A DNA stretch of 60,525 nucleotides, filler included, from Sphacelaria rigidula (Eukaryota): assembly GCA_964200075.2 (NCBI GenBank). It is 4 parts of 4 records of this genome, joined end to end, with 100 filler letters (N's around TTAATTAATTAA, not from the genome) between each part and the next. Parts side by side here need not be neighbours in the genome. Positions count along the whole stretch, not along the records: positions 1 to 15,059 come from CAXNAA020001928.1; positions 15,160 to 30,215 come from CAXNAA020001929.1; 2 more parts are not named here. One strand, written 5' to 3'. The translations under genes were made by a program, and so were the position numbers. Shown in pieces: positions 12,001-23,900 of the stretch. The notes under the pieces are model-generated. The model had not been told where the DNA came from. It saw only the letters and a program-made list of their open reading frames with translations, and did not search any database. Position 1 is the first letter of the stretch; every line of letters starts with the position of its first letter.

Positions 12001-14530
12001 GGGTTAGGGTTAGTGTTAGTGTTGAGGTTAGGGTCAGGGGCGTGGTACCTGCAGGGCCTGGCCCTAAAGGGTTTGAAAAACGTCGATCCTGAGGTGTTTT
12101 GAACTACGGCGCGGTCCTCTAAGCAAGCGGTCCTCTCACGCATTACAATCCCTTCGCTTTATTAAGAACGTAGAGCAACGTTGTCACCGTCCTCTAGGAT
12201 TAGGTGATGTGATCCCTGGAGGAGGCCCACCCGCCACCTAAAATAATATCATGCCTTGAATCCGCTCGAACTGGGACTCTTTCATGGATGGTTTTGTGAG
12301 GTTCGTTTCCCCATATGTAAACTGTCATCTGCAGTCAACCCGAATGACTCGTCATGGTGTGGAAACGAATATAGAATACAATACACACATATATATATAC
12401 CCACAATCACGGCTTACCGTAGGTACTAGGTCTATTCCTTGGCGACAAGAAGAGAGAGCGCGTGTGTGTATCCAGAAGGTGTAGTTTACTAGACCCCCAA
12501 CACAGGGAGCGGCTGATGATGAGTGAGACAGCATCGAGTACATTGTTACGTCGGATGCCTAGCCTTGAGACCTTGGGGTCATCGCGCAATACCAACGGCA
12601 ATATGCAAAGTGAAGGACATGCCAAGTACTGGAAAGACCTGCTACAGCCAGCCGCGGATGAGTTACATAAGCTACTTGGACCTGCACTATGTAAAACGGC
12701 ATTTGGCGAAATGTTCAAGCGAAAACCTGCCTAGGCCGCGAGGGTGGTCCATCTGGATCATGCTTACTCTTTCCAAGTGAAATTGATGCTGATTCACGAA
12801 TGATCTACTCTCGCTCTCCAAGGGTAAATAAGATTCGATGCAGCCTCTGACCGGTAGACTGGCCCTTTACAACCTGCAGAACACTGAGCGGTGGTCTGCG
12901 GAACGGTTCCGAGTTCAATGGTAATAACACACGATACCCAACCATTATAAACCCGCTGATCACGCACAAGTCGGAATTTTCACCGTCGACCATTCAATGA
13001 AGCTCATGCACTGCGCACATGCGAAATCACCCATGAGCCGTATCCAATGCCTCGTCATGATCCGAATCAACCTCGAAAACGAACTGTCTCTTCCAGGCAG
13101 GTACACTAGAAACAATCCGCTGCAGTCCTACCGACATTGGTTGTTCCTGTGTCGTCGTTTTCTGTGTGAATAAATTGCGCTGCGAGGTCAAAGGGCTTCA
13201 AGCAATATGTTACGCGCATGTACCGAACCATATAGGATGATCTACGACATTCTTCGCGGGCGCGTTACTCTTCGCCAGTATACAATATCTAAGGTGGTAA
13301 CTCGCATTTTTCCCTCAGGTGAACAAATACGGTATATCATGGAGTGGAATTTGTCGTCGTGGTGAGCAAACCGTGGTTTGTTTGTACACGTCTCACACAA
13401 CGTAAATCTCTTTCACCCTTTCATTAGAGTTCCTGCAGACGGGATTGGGGCATTTCAGTGACCTGCCCCGAGCAACGACTGATCTCCCTGTTCCTTCTCA
13501 TCACTCGATTTATTATTCTTACCTCAGATGTTTCGTCCAGCCTCTGCCACTGGAGTTTTTATGACATGGGGGAAGAGAGAAGAGACGCAGCTGAACCCTC
13601 AACCGCATGAAATACGCTGACCTAATCTTATTGACCTTCCCATTTGACCACTGCCCCCCTGTCCCCTCCCATACAATTATCCATCACCTGTTATCCTGGT
13701 ATATCCTGCACAACAGAAATGAGTTGGACGGCAAAGTGAACGTCACGATGCTGGTGCAACACCCAGGAGAGACGATTTTCGTGCCGGGCGGTTGGGCGCA
13801 CGGCGTGCTCAACCTCGACGATACGGTGGCCATCACTCAGAATTTTGTTAGCTCCTACAACTTCGATGAGGTGCTTGTTGCTAGCTGGAGTATTCCATGG
13901 ACTATAGTCGTCTATCTGCGGTCGTAGGTGGTACCGTTCCGTTTCGCGACGTCGGTGTGCGTTGTATTGTGTCTGTCTTGTGTGATGCGCTCGATTGCCT
14001 GCTCATACTTCGCTTCAGCTTCATCGTGTTTCTGTACCCCAAAGCTGTTTTCTTCGACATGCTCGAATGTGCGTGTCTTGTGTATTTTTTCGTGCTGAAT
14101 AAAGAGCGTTGCGCGTGGTGTGATGCTGTGTTGATAGCTGTACCGATGATTTGCTGTTCCCTCGACCTAGCTGTCGGTGTCGACAGGTTTCTTCAGTTTG
14201 CATCGGAGAACCAGTTCCGTCACCCTCTCGTTTCTGCGGGTCATTTTCGTGGAGTTCCTAGTACCAAATGCGTTCCGCGGAATGCATGACGTTCATTCTC
14301 ATTCTGTGTATGCGTTGTCGTCCCATCTGTACGGCGTGCTTTGTCTCCTCATCTCTTCTGAATCGATCTAAAACGAGATGAACAGGTGTGGCTTTCCGTG
14401 CGCGAGGAACGACCGCACTTCGGAGTTCAATGGCTTCAGACTCTGCTAGGCCTGCGCCCTGACCTTGTGTACCGCGCCCTGCAGCTTGACAAGCGAGACG
14501 ACTGGGACATGCTCGCCTACAGAAACTCCG
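3024..14530 (+). CDS. JMJD6: JmjC-domain oxygenase, JMJD6/PSR-like (partial, 4 exons: 3024-3182, 10685-10915, 13717-13870, 14386-14530)
   Basis: AG/GT-bounded exons join in phase and give [18 protein letters not shown]...[59 protein letters not shown]...|[32 protein letters not shown]...|[20 protein letters not shown]. These match JMJD6 motifs [26 protein letters not shown] and GETVFVPGGWWHVVLNLD. The HxD...H iron triad is intact. Start and stop exons were not identified in the contig. The symbol indicates family, not proven orthology. Confidence 0.9.
3988..4245 (+). repeat. 5' LTR (258 bp)
   Basis: TG...CA termini with 7-bp inverted ends; direct repeat of 9991-10259; internal ~38-bp tandem duplication (TAATGACCGGGGGCAYGGGGAT). 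Confidence 0.93.
5879..6135. mobile_element. MITE nested in the gypsy element (257 bp, GAG...CTC ends, 4-bp TSD; Sola-like)
   Basis: TIR GAGCAATGCTACGGTAGGGGTGCAC / GTGTACCCCTACCGTAGCATTGCTC; flanking direct repeat GGAG (5875-5878, 6136-6139). Confidence 0.85.
8459..8554 (+). mobile_element. 5'-truncated non-LTR retroposon end with (TAA)n tail inserted in the integrase zinc finger
   Basis: 96-bp insert ending in AAT repeats, flanked by TSD ATGCGC (8453-8458, 8555-8560). Removing it restores [18 protein letters not shown], the HHCC region. Confidence 0.8.
9991..10259 (+). repeat. 3' LTR (269 bp)
   Basis: Direct repeat of 3988-4245 with an 11-bp indel and scattered substitutions; followed by TSD GGGT. 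Confidence 0.93.
11183..11342 (+). mobile_element. Telomere-repeat-carrying MITE, internally deleted copy
   Basis: Left TIR TGTAATGCGTGAGAGGACCGCGTGCTTAGAGGACCGC, GTTAGGG core, shortened right end CACGCATTACA. Confidence 0.8.
11790..11899. repeat. Perfect 46-bp inverted repeat (hairpin) in JmjC intron
   Basis: 11790-11835 is the exact reverse complement of 11854-11899; 18-nt spacer. Confidence 0.92.
11939..12147 (+). mobile_element. Telomere-repeat-carrying MITE, complete copy
   Basis: ~35-bp inverted ends TAATGCGTGAGAGGACCGCGTGCTTAAAGGACCGC / GCGGTCCTCTAAGCAAGCGGTCCTCTCACGCATTA, with central GTTAGGGGTTAGGGTTAG. Confidence 0.88.
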
Positions 14531-14915
14531 GTGAGCGAAGTACGTATCTGGCGTAGTGCGCGGCACGACGACGATTGCCGTATCATCGTACAAAGGGCAA
14601 TATATGGCGAACGGGGACATTGGAGCTCAGGTGGTCTGTCAGATGTTATTCAAAAACCACATATCGAAGTGTACAGACTGATCTACCTAGCCACTATGTT
14701 TCAAGTAGTCGGTTATAAGGTCGAGGAAACAGAATCAACCGATGTGATGGCTCAATGGCAGCTACCATATCTCTCCCGTTGTTGCTTGCCTGTTGTTACG
14801 TTTGATGCAATATACCTTGAAACACGTCCCCTGCTGCTGTGTCGCTGTGCCGGTAGTCACTTCTAGCGGTGACGGGCCGCACTCAGATAGGCATGTATGG
14901 AAATTACGGGGATTC

Positions 14916-15059
14916 TGTTATGCGTGAGAGGACCGCGTGCTTAGAGGATCGCATCGGAATTTGAACATTCCTATGGTTAGGGTTAGGGTTAGGGTTAGTG
15001 TTGGGGTTGAGGTCAGGGGCGTGGTACCTCCAGGGACTGACCCTATTGGTTTTAAAAAA
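14916..15059 (+). mobile_element. Telomere-repeat-carrying MITE, cut by contig end
   Basis: Left TIR plus (GGTTAG)4 core; contig ends inside the element. Confidence 0.8.
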
Positions 15060-15159
15060 NNNNNNNNNNNNNNNNNNNNNNNNNNNNNNNNNNNNNNNNN
15101 NNNTTAATTAATTAANNNNNNNNNNNNNNNNNNNNNNNNNNNNNNNNNNNNNNNNNNNN
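15060..15159. other. Artificial contig spacer
   Basis: 100 nt of N with central TTAATTAATTAA (stops in all six frames). Confidence 0.98.
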
Positions 15160-16805
15160 AGTTGACCCTATGACTGAGGGATTAGATGCTGAGAGAGAGA
15201 GTGAGGGCTCATGGCAGCTCGGCAGCTATCATGAGCGGGATACTGTAGTCATACACACTCGACTCCCAGTACCCGCACGTCCGCATAATTATATCCGCAC
15301 GTGTGCATGTTCACTCAGTGTACCTGTTCACATGAACACGCATGAGTGTGAAATATGACCAGTTCATATTACGGTGTTTCCCACGGCAACTTGTGCCGTG
15401 CCTCTGATCGCGAGCACTGTTTGTCTGCCCCGATGCCGCACAGGTTGATCCGAGAATTGAACGTCCTCTCGTGCGGGAGCGAACAATGACCTTCATAGTC
15501 CGACAGCAATAAACCCCTGAAACGGACACAGTCACATGCGAATGTAGAAACGAAGGGCGAATGTCTTTCGATAGCACGTTACCGGCGCACGCTGTCCAGT
15601 CGATGTCCACAGTCTGGGGTCCTGACTGCAGTTCTCGAGAGCGTTACTCCTCTCACACACGTATACAACACACGAACTAGAACCGATACTGTGTGCCTGA
15701 CATGTTGGAGGAGTTTACAGTAACCCTTGAACTCCGTACATGATGGGGAATGGGCGACGTCTCGCGCCAGCACAACATCACCTAGATCGACGAAATAGGA
15801 TAAGGTTTTGAGGAAGATGAGCAGGAAGGGGAAGTGGTGAAACGAGTGGGAGGTTTTACACGCTAACGCGAAAACTCGTCAAGATTGTTTCAAGTCGTAA
15901 CTTTGTGGTTGTGCACGATTTCAAGTCAGCGCAGCCGTTGGAAACGCGCGAAACACCCGTGGCAATAATAGATCCCGGCGCTATGCACGGATTCTGCATG
16001 GCAGAGTCTATACGATATAAGCGCCAGCAAGAGTTCGTGAAGAAGGAGTTGGGCGAATACCTCCTGTCCTTTCCGTTGAGGACTGCTGTGATCAATTCGG
16101 ACAACTGCGACTTTGAGCCCTCTACGGCTGTTGCTACGGGCGACGTACACGTGTGCACTACCTGCGTGGCTATGGAAAACTCTCATGTCCTGGTGATCTG
16201 CCACGTATAGATATCACCGTAGGCATAGAAGGCTGGTGGCAGCGGATATTACGACGGGACCACTCTGGCAAAGGGACGGGGAGCAATGAAATCGTTATCT
16301 AGCCTTCTTCGATGAAGCAGCATCTCCATGCGGGGTGGCGAGGAACAGCCGGTCATCGAAATTGAGAATGGAGCTTTTCATGGAGGATGAGAACCCGGAG
16401 GATTAAAATCTTCGCATCGACATCAAATCTTCGAAATACAGAGCGCGGCAGATGTTGCGAATTTCGTAGCTAATAATCTCAGACTCGTTTTTTTTTTAAT
16501 AAGAAATTACGGGTAAGCTCTTCTTGTGCTGAACTGAAGGGGAAAATAAGAATTATAAATCGGAAAGTGCAGAGGGATCGGCAGGTGAGACTCTGCAAGA
16601 ATGCACAGCACCTCAGAATAGAAAAAAGTGCTTCCACAACCACCTCAACTACATCAGGCCCCCAAGCAAGCTACTCCTCTCTACAACTGGCAAATAACAT
16701 TGATCTCTGTTGGGGCACCCCATGAATAATGACAATCTGTACGGAGCTCGTACAGTGGACAGCTCCTTGGTGGGAGTGTTGCTGAGATTAAGCATGGAGT
16801 GTTCC

Positions 16806-17016
16806 TGTAATGCGTGAGAGGATCGCGTGCTTAGAGGACCGCCTCGGAATTTGAACATCCCCATGGTTAGAGTTAGGGTTAGGGTTAGTGTTGGGGTTAT
16901 GGTCAGGGGTGTGGTACCTGCAGGGACTGGCCCGATTGATTTTGAAAAACGTCGATCCTGAGGTGTTTTAAACTACGGCGCGGTCCTCTAAGCACGAGGT
17001 CCTCTCACGCATTACA
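16806..17016 (+). mobile_element. Telomere-repeat-carrying MITE, complete copy
   Basis: TGTAATGCGTGAGAGGATCGC...GCGGTCCTCTAAGCACGAGGTCCTCTCACGCATTACA; closely similar to 11939-12147 although on a different contig. Confidence 0.88.
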
Positions 17017-17958
17017 ATCCCTTCAGACCACGGATCCACCCTGGGAAGGAAGACGGGTCCAAAGGGTGAGGACAAAAGGTGAAAAACGGTGTTTGCTGAG
17101 TTACAAGTCTCGGACCTCCTCTGGACCCAAGTCTATCCACATCAATGTCTCCGCACAAAACAGCGGTCGGGCAAAGCGAAACGCTTGTTGCTGTTCTGCT
17201 CACAGAAACAAAGCAGAACAAAGCACCATGAACAGCAGACGAGTCACTCCGGAAGCATGAAACAAAACACCGTATTCGCCCTTATCCCGAGACGCGATAG
17301 CTGCTTAGTACGCCTTAAAGTTTAAGAGAGCAACAACATAACACAAGACCGGTCGCCATCCTGGGCGCAAAACCAGCATCGGTCCACTATAGTGGATGGG
17401 GCGAATCACGTGCATGGAACGGCCCCATGTTTTCGCGATGCACACCCGTTACATGCACAAAGATATCACCAATGATGCACTCAGTACGTGAAAAGAGATT
17501 GCACTGTGTTCAGGCTCTCTCTTTCGATCTTTCTATATATCCCGAGCATCAAGCGCGGAATCCAGGGCCACGGAGTAAACACGCGTGGCTCCTCAGTACC
17601 GCCAAATACTTTGTTGTGTGACGAAACACAAAATGTGCCGCACAATCGGAGCGACAACAAGGTGATACAGAAGTTTTGCAACTGCGATCTAGGTGACGGG
17701 TGCGCACAGACCACCCAACAACACAGCTAGGCTACACACACAGCACAGGTACAAGACTTCACATCACATCAACACGCCATGAACTCGTACTGGTACTACA
17801 CAACCACGACACAGACAACGCACACACAGAACTAGCACCTGAGAGAAAGAACCACAGGCGAGCACACCAAAACGGCAGTACTATCACACTAACGTTACTC
17901 GTACCTTGCAGCATAAAACGCAAAGTTTCCCTGTACAAAATGTACAGAACCCAACCCT

Positions 17959-20900
17959 CTACAACTGTACACCCTGCGCTCTAAACGGGGGCTTCTCATC
18001 ATCCCTCCGCGACCGAGCGAGATCAGCCGAGGATCTCGTACTGTTCTCCTGTGATCTGTTATCTACACTCTCACCCCTGCTACTGGCTGCCCTGGATGCG
18101 CCATGCTCTCGAACCTGCGGGGTACACGCAAAATAGCACAGTAAAAAAATGAAATAGATGGACGAAAACAGATGTCAACTATTGTGCCAATAATGGGAGC
18201 TGTCGAGTTGTGCGGCGTTAATTTTTGAAGTTGTGTTCATCCCCGACTGTAAAAATTGCAACGGCACAAGCAGGACGAAAGGCGGTATCGATGGAACGTG
18301 AATATCCGCGCAGGAACGCATCCATTTGCTCAAACGTATAGTTTATATATGTAATATTTTCAGTCTTGTTTTATCTCGGGTACGTCCATCGTGTGGATAC
18401 CGCTAGATCTCCGGAGTCAGTTGAAGTGCGACAGACAACCAACCATATATATATATATATATATATATATTCATCTTCACTTTCAAATCCTCATGTTGAA
18501 GAAAAATGAAGGAAGAGGGTGATATTGTGCGTGCATCCACGTCTTTGTCGTCGACTTGCTCGTCTTCCCAAGTCTTACCATAAACTACAATGCTACGGAA
18601 AATTTCACACCCTGGACAATAGACAACATCTGTTGCAATAGCAATAGAATCTGCCGCAATAGATGCCAATTTTGTTGTCCGTAATGGCTATCGATCGACA
18701 AATTTCTCTTTCTATTGTCGTTGGCAATGTCTATCCGTAGACCCATTTCCCACACTATTGCCCGGGCAGCTTTCTATTGTGGCCCTCCACTGGAAACTAT
18801 TGCCGCCGACCAAATATATCGATCGATAGCTTTCAAAATCTATTAGTGGCGGCGATGGCCATCGATAGACAGTGTGCCAAATATACTGATGACGACGATG
18901 GCTATTGATTGATTGTGTACCAAATCTACTGATGACGGTGATGACTATTGGTAGAGTGTGTACAAGATCTATTAAGGGCGGCAATGAATATCGATAGATA
19001 CATACCAGAATCTATTCTGGTATACAATGCCTACCGATATATATTCTCTGTCGTCTGCTGCCACACCTACATTACAACATACCATCTATAGCGCATATGA
19101 TACTCTGTTAAAGCACGGTAGAGAAGACGCAGGTGAAGATGCAGTGGGTACATGATGACAGTACTTATGAAAATATGACGTCACGATTCTGTAAATTTGG
19201 AACGGCTGTATGATGTAGGAATTCGCAATATGTATGGACAAAATTTTACGAGGTTTGTTCTTGGTATGATGTTGGTCCTCAGGGTTTGTCCCTCTGATGG
19301 ACATGGGCGCTTGTAGAACTTTTTTGCGTGGGGGAAATGTGCTTATACCCTGGACAAAAGACTATGTAATAGAACATTTCGGCTGCAATAGCCTCGAAAA
19401 CATGACTGTCGATGTTAATTGTCAGTCATAATCGACTGGCATCACTGTCTATCGATAGCGTTTGTACGCGACAATAGATTCGGGACAAGGGACAGAATGT
19501 AACATTGCCGTGACGATGGAGTGGGCACGTTTTCTATCGATACATCTTAGTTTTTGCGATAGGCTCTGAATTGCGGCCACCAAAGTCTATTGCTGATCGC
19601 AGTAGGATCTGCAATGTGGCCACCAATACATATTGTTGGTCTCAATAGGATCTGAATGGCGCCCAGTAATGTCTATCGCTGGACACAATGCAATCTGAAC
19701 CATGGCCATCAATGTCTATCGCTGGTCACAATGCAATCTGAATCGCGGCCACCAATATCTATTGCTGGCCAAAACGGGAGCTGAATGGCGTCGATCGCTA
19801 GCTATGTACTTCGTATGCACATTGTCGGTAGATGTTTCTACCTTATTCCACAGAAGCTATGGCCAACTACCGCCTAAGGTAGTTACGTGTTCATGTATGA
19901 AGGATACTGCCGTTGATGCCATAAGATCACTGCAGTGAGTCATACATTTATCAAAACCTATCGTTGACGTCACTGGCTATCAATAGATGCTCCCTAGAAC
20001 ATCAATCACCGACGGCAATGATCATTGGGAGACACTCCAAAACCCTTTGTTGGCTGCAGAGGCTTTTGATAGACGGCTCACCAAATCTATCGATGACGGC
20101 AATAGATTTTGATAGATGGCTTACCTAATCTATTGATGACGGCAATGGCTATCGGTGGATGGCTCACCAAATCTATTGATAATGGCAATGGCTATCGATG
20201 GATGGCTCACCAAATCTATTGATAACGGCAATGGCTATCAATATATACATCCCAGAGTCTATTGCGGTACACAATTTCCATCGGTGGCGAGTGGTCCCCA
20301 TCTATCGTAATTCCCATAGGCTATCGATCGACTACTGCAACATCTTTTGTCCCTTGCAATACATATCAATAGCTGTGTTTCACCATCTATCGTGTTCGAC
20401 AATATATATGTAGATAGTTTTCCCCCCGTGTCTATTACTGAAGCGATGGACTATTATTGTGTCCGTGGTCCAGAGTGTGGAAAATTTACCACCACGCTAG
20501 ACCCCCATCCCCCTTTTCTACGTGGTTGATTTGTGTCCTATCAGAAATATTGTCAGGTAACAGCTCCGCACGTATTCGAACAATGTCTGCCTCATCAGAC
20601 CAACACACCCACAAAAAGCACAGCTATTTACGCCCTACGTGGTTTACACGCCTCTCGTCATCGTTTTTCCATTCCAAATACGACGCGAAATTGCACAACC
20701 TCATATTCACTCCTTAGGCCCTCTCAGCCGTAACACACGCTACGAGACGGGATAGTGAGTTATTTTTCCCGTTGGGAGTCCGACAGGCGGATTTTCTTCT
20801 TTGCGGAATTCGTTTCCAAAACATCTGGAGTTCTCATTCATTCTATTGAAGTGTGCCAGCAGGTCTATCAACACACGGGAAATGATCGGCGGGAGTAACA

Positions 20901-23900
20901 TGTCTGCCCTGCAAGCGTGTGATATACTGCACCCCGACAGCATGCCAGTGGGTGTGGATCATGGAATTCTCCTCTTGGCAATCCTGGTGCACATGGCAAT
21001 CCTCTTTTGGCAATCCTGGTGCACATGGCAACAGCGTCTGCTGCTCTGCCACCGGCACAACACGGGTAATACCGGATTGCACCCCACTGCACAGCGCTAC
21101 ATGATTCGACTGCAACAAAGCTACTGCTGGTCGCACTCGTGTGGCGCAGGCTTTCTACCTCGCCACAGAGGAACACATTTGGTACTGATCAGATGCGCTC
21201 TTAAGCGACGGGAGAGAGGGTGTTGTCTCTGGGTGCACGGCGCACTTCACCGTACGCAAAAAGTGCAAAAAGTCCAAATCCGGGTAGGGGATGGCCTGGG
21301 TTTTTGCCTTTTTATCTAGCACCGAAAATGACTGATTCACCTCAGAATGACCCCATCTTGTATCAAGGATGCACATACCCGCGCGTGAAGATGGGTGACG
21401 CAGTAGCATCAGTTGAGTAGGCGCGTTGTTCCACACGTATTACAATTGATCGTTTTGCCTGTAATATCCACCATTATCGAGTACTCACCAGCCCTAAAAC
21501 AGACTCGTTGGTTAATCCTGAGCTGCGGTTCTCACGGGGTTAAAAGCAGTCATCGTGTTTCCCCCCCTCCCCCCTTCCCTCGTCCGCGCGGCCGCCGCAA
21601 TCAAGGGTTTGTTATGAGATGGATCGTCATGAGGGACTCGCTCCCAACAAAAACGAAACACACTATCTACGCCGCTTTTACCACGAAGAAAACCAGGAAT
21701 GATACTAGTAATCTTTCTCCCCCGTATTTATCCTGCACGTAAAAGTAGCTCTGCACGCATCGTACGTGGTCGATTGTCTACCATCTGGGGCGCTGATTGA
21801 CTTGATTGATCAATAGTCGCACATTACCTCATCCCTGGGGAATCCAGCCGTGGCCACAAGTTGACGTGTACTTCCAAGGTAAACAAGAAGAAAAAACTCG
21901 CTCAAAAGAATTCGTTGAATAGATAAGATGTAAGATAAAGAAAACAGAATGAATTGAAAAGACGAGAAACATGTCAGAACGACCGAACAACAAAAGGAAA
22001 ATCAAAGGGGAATCAAAGGAACGCACAAAAAACAAGAGAACAAAAAAGCCCACAAGATAGGTGTATGCAATTCCACGATTAATATGATGATGAAAAGTGC
22101 ACTTCAAAAACAAAATGCGCGACTCCTTCCGTGTGGTTTCATGTAAGCAGGCCGTACGAAGGGGAAAGAGGCATGCGCAACATTAGCTTGATCCCTTCCA
22201 CCCTGCATTGAACCGTCTTGAAAGGGGTGCGTAGTCAATGGTCAAACGACTAAGACAAGCAACAATTTAGTACCCCCCGTGGTCAATGGTCGAACGACTA
22301 AGGCAAGCAACAAACTAGTACGCCCCCCCCCCCTCACCCCCCGCTGCTTTGTAGGGATGTGAGGCCAATGGTCTGATGACTACGGCATGCATGATCATGA
22401 GTACCCCCCCCCCTTCCCTGCCGTGCCCCCCCCCATTTGCCCCAATCCACGCACCTTGAGCGATCGGCACTCCGCCACAGCAGCTCTTAGTTTTCTACGA
22501 TAGGCCCTCTCCCTCTCCTCGAGCCTGGATTCCATCATCCCTTCCAACTCGCGGACCCGCGTTCGTAGCCCCTCCAGCTCACGCTTATACCGCTCCTCCC
22601 TAACGGTCAACCCTGCAGCAGTCGCAGCATCGCTCTTGCCGCCGCGACTGTCTCCGCCGCTTCCGCTGACGTTGTTGATCGATTTGGAATGTCGGGGTTC
22701 CGTAGGGCTTCCGTTGAGCGATGATGACGTCCTGTTCCCGACGGTCCATGCAGGTGCACGATCCATCATCAGCCTTGCCTGCTTTTGTTGGAGGGAGAAG
22801 AGGTTATGAAGAGGGTTAGTTTCGCGAAGCGGTAGCAATAGGTGTGTGGGTACTTAGTCATGCGAAGAAAAGGGAAGGTCTAGTAGCTCACGGTCGAAGC
22901 ACTAGGATAGATATTTCTTCGGCACAACGCTGAACACTGTACAGCGCTAAATCGCATCGATTACGATTGGATATGTGCAATGGCCGCCAACGCTCAAGTA
23001 GCAGAAATTGACCGCAAAAAAGCAAATAAGAGCGAGGCGGTGTCCGGCTGATGCCGTCCAAGTCTTCCAACACCTTCCGTCGAATTTCTCACCGCCGTGT
23101 CAACAGCTGTCGCTACTCCCGACCGGGACGGCGTAGCGTAACTTTCCGAAGACATACTTGGAGACCGTTCTGAATAACCACCCGGGGATGACTCAATCTC
23201 TCCTTCCAGCCGGTCACTCTCTACTCGCGCTTCCCGAAGAGCCTCATCTCGAGCCGCGGCTTCTGCCTCTATCAAAGCCGCGGAGGGTGACACACCTCCC
23301 TTCGCCCTACCGCCAGCAGTGGCCTCGGTAGACCCGGATCGGCGCTGTGGGGGAGTCGAGGACAGCGATATCGAATCATTTCTGGATCTCGATTGCGTAG
23401 ACGATGGTCTTGGTCTCCTCCTATCGCGCCTCTTGTACCCGCTAGCGCTGCTGTTGCTATTACCATCGGTGGTATGGGCGTCATCAACTCTTCGCGAGGA
23501 CGCTGTATCCCTGACAGTCGCGGCGTGCGCGACAGCACCCGAATACGGAGCAGTGGACTTTCGAAGAGTACTCCCCCCCATCTCGGAGACACTGTCGTTG
23601 TCACTACCGCTGCTGTTGGACACACGGGGAGAAGTTTGACCTAATGACGCCCCTGCAACGTGGTGCTTGTAACCACGAGCGACAGACACTTCGCGGCGAC
23701 TCTTGCCGTCAATGTCTCGATTCTGGTATTTCATACCATCGCTACTGCTTTTATTGGTTTTGTGGTGTTGGTCTAGCAGCCTCAGGGCTTCCAGAGCTTC
23801 GGCATCTCTCTCCGCCAACGCCGCCTGGAGTTCTCGCTCGTGCTCCATGCGCTGGGCTGCGAGCGCCGAGCGAAGCGCGCCCTGTGTTATCGTGTCCTGC

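Noticed and set aside
14970-15059. TTAGGG tract at a contig end as a real telomere
   Set aside because: It is the core of the dispersed MITE, with element sequence on both sides.
15300-16420. Possible degenerate coding or viral fragment (ORF 15905-16210)
   Set aside because: No recognisable domain or consistent splice structure.
20065-20240. CRISPR-like array
   Set aside because: Degenerate head-to-tail ~39-bp units with no unique spacers, in eukaryotic TE context, with no cas genes.
20740-21440. Cys/His-rich ORFs as a zinc-finger gene
   Set aside because: Frameshifted, with a local 27-bp duplication and no coherent motif; probably TE debris.
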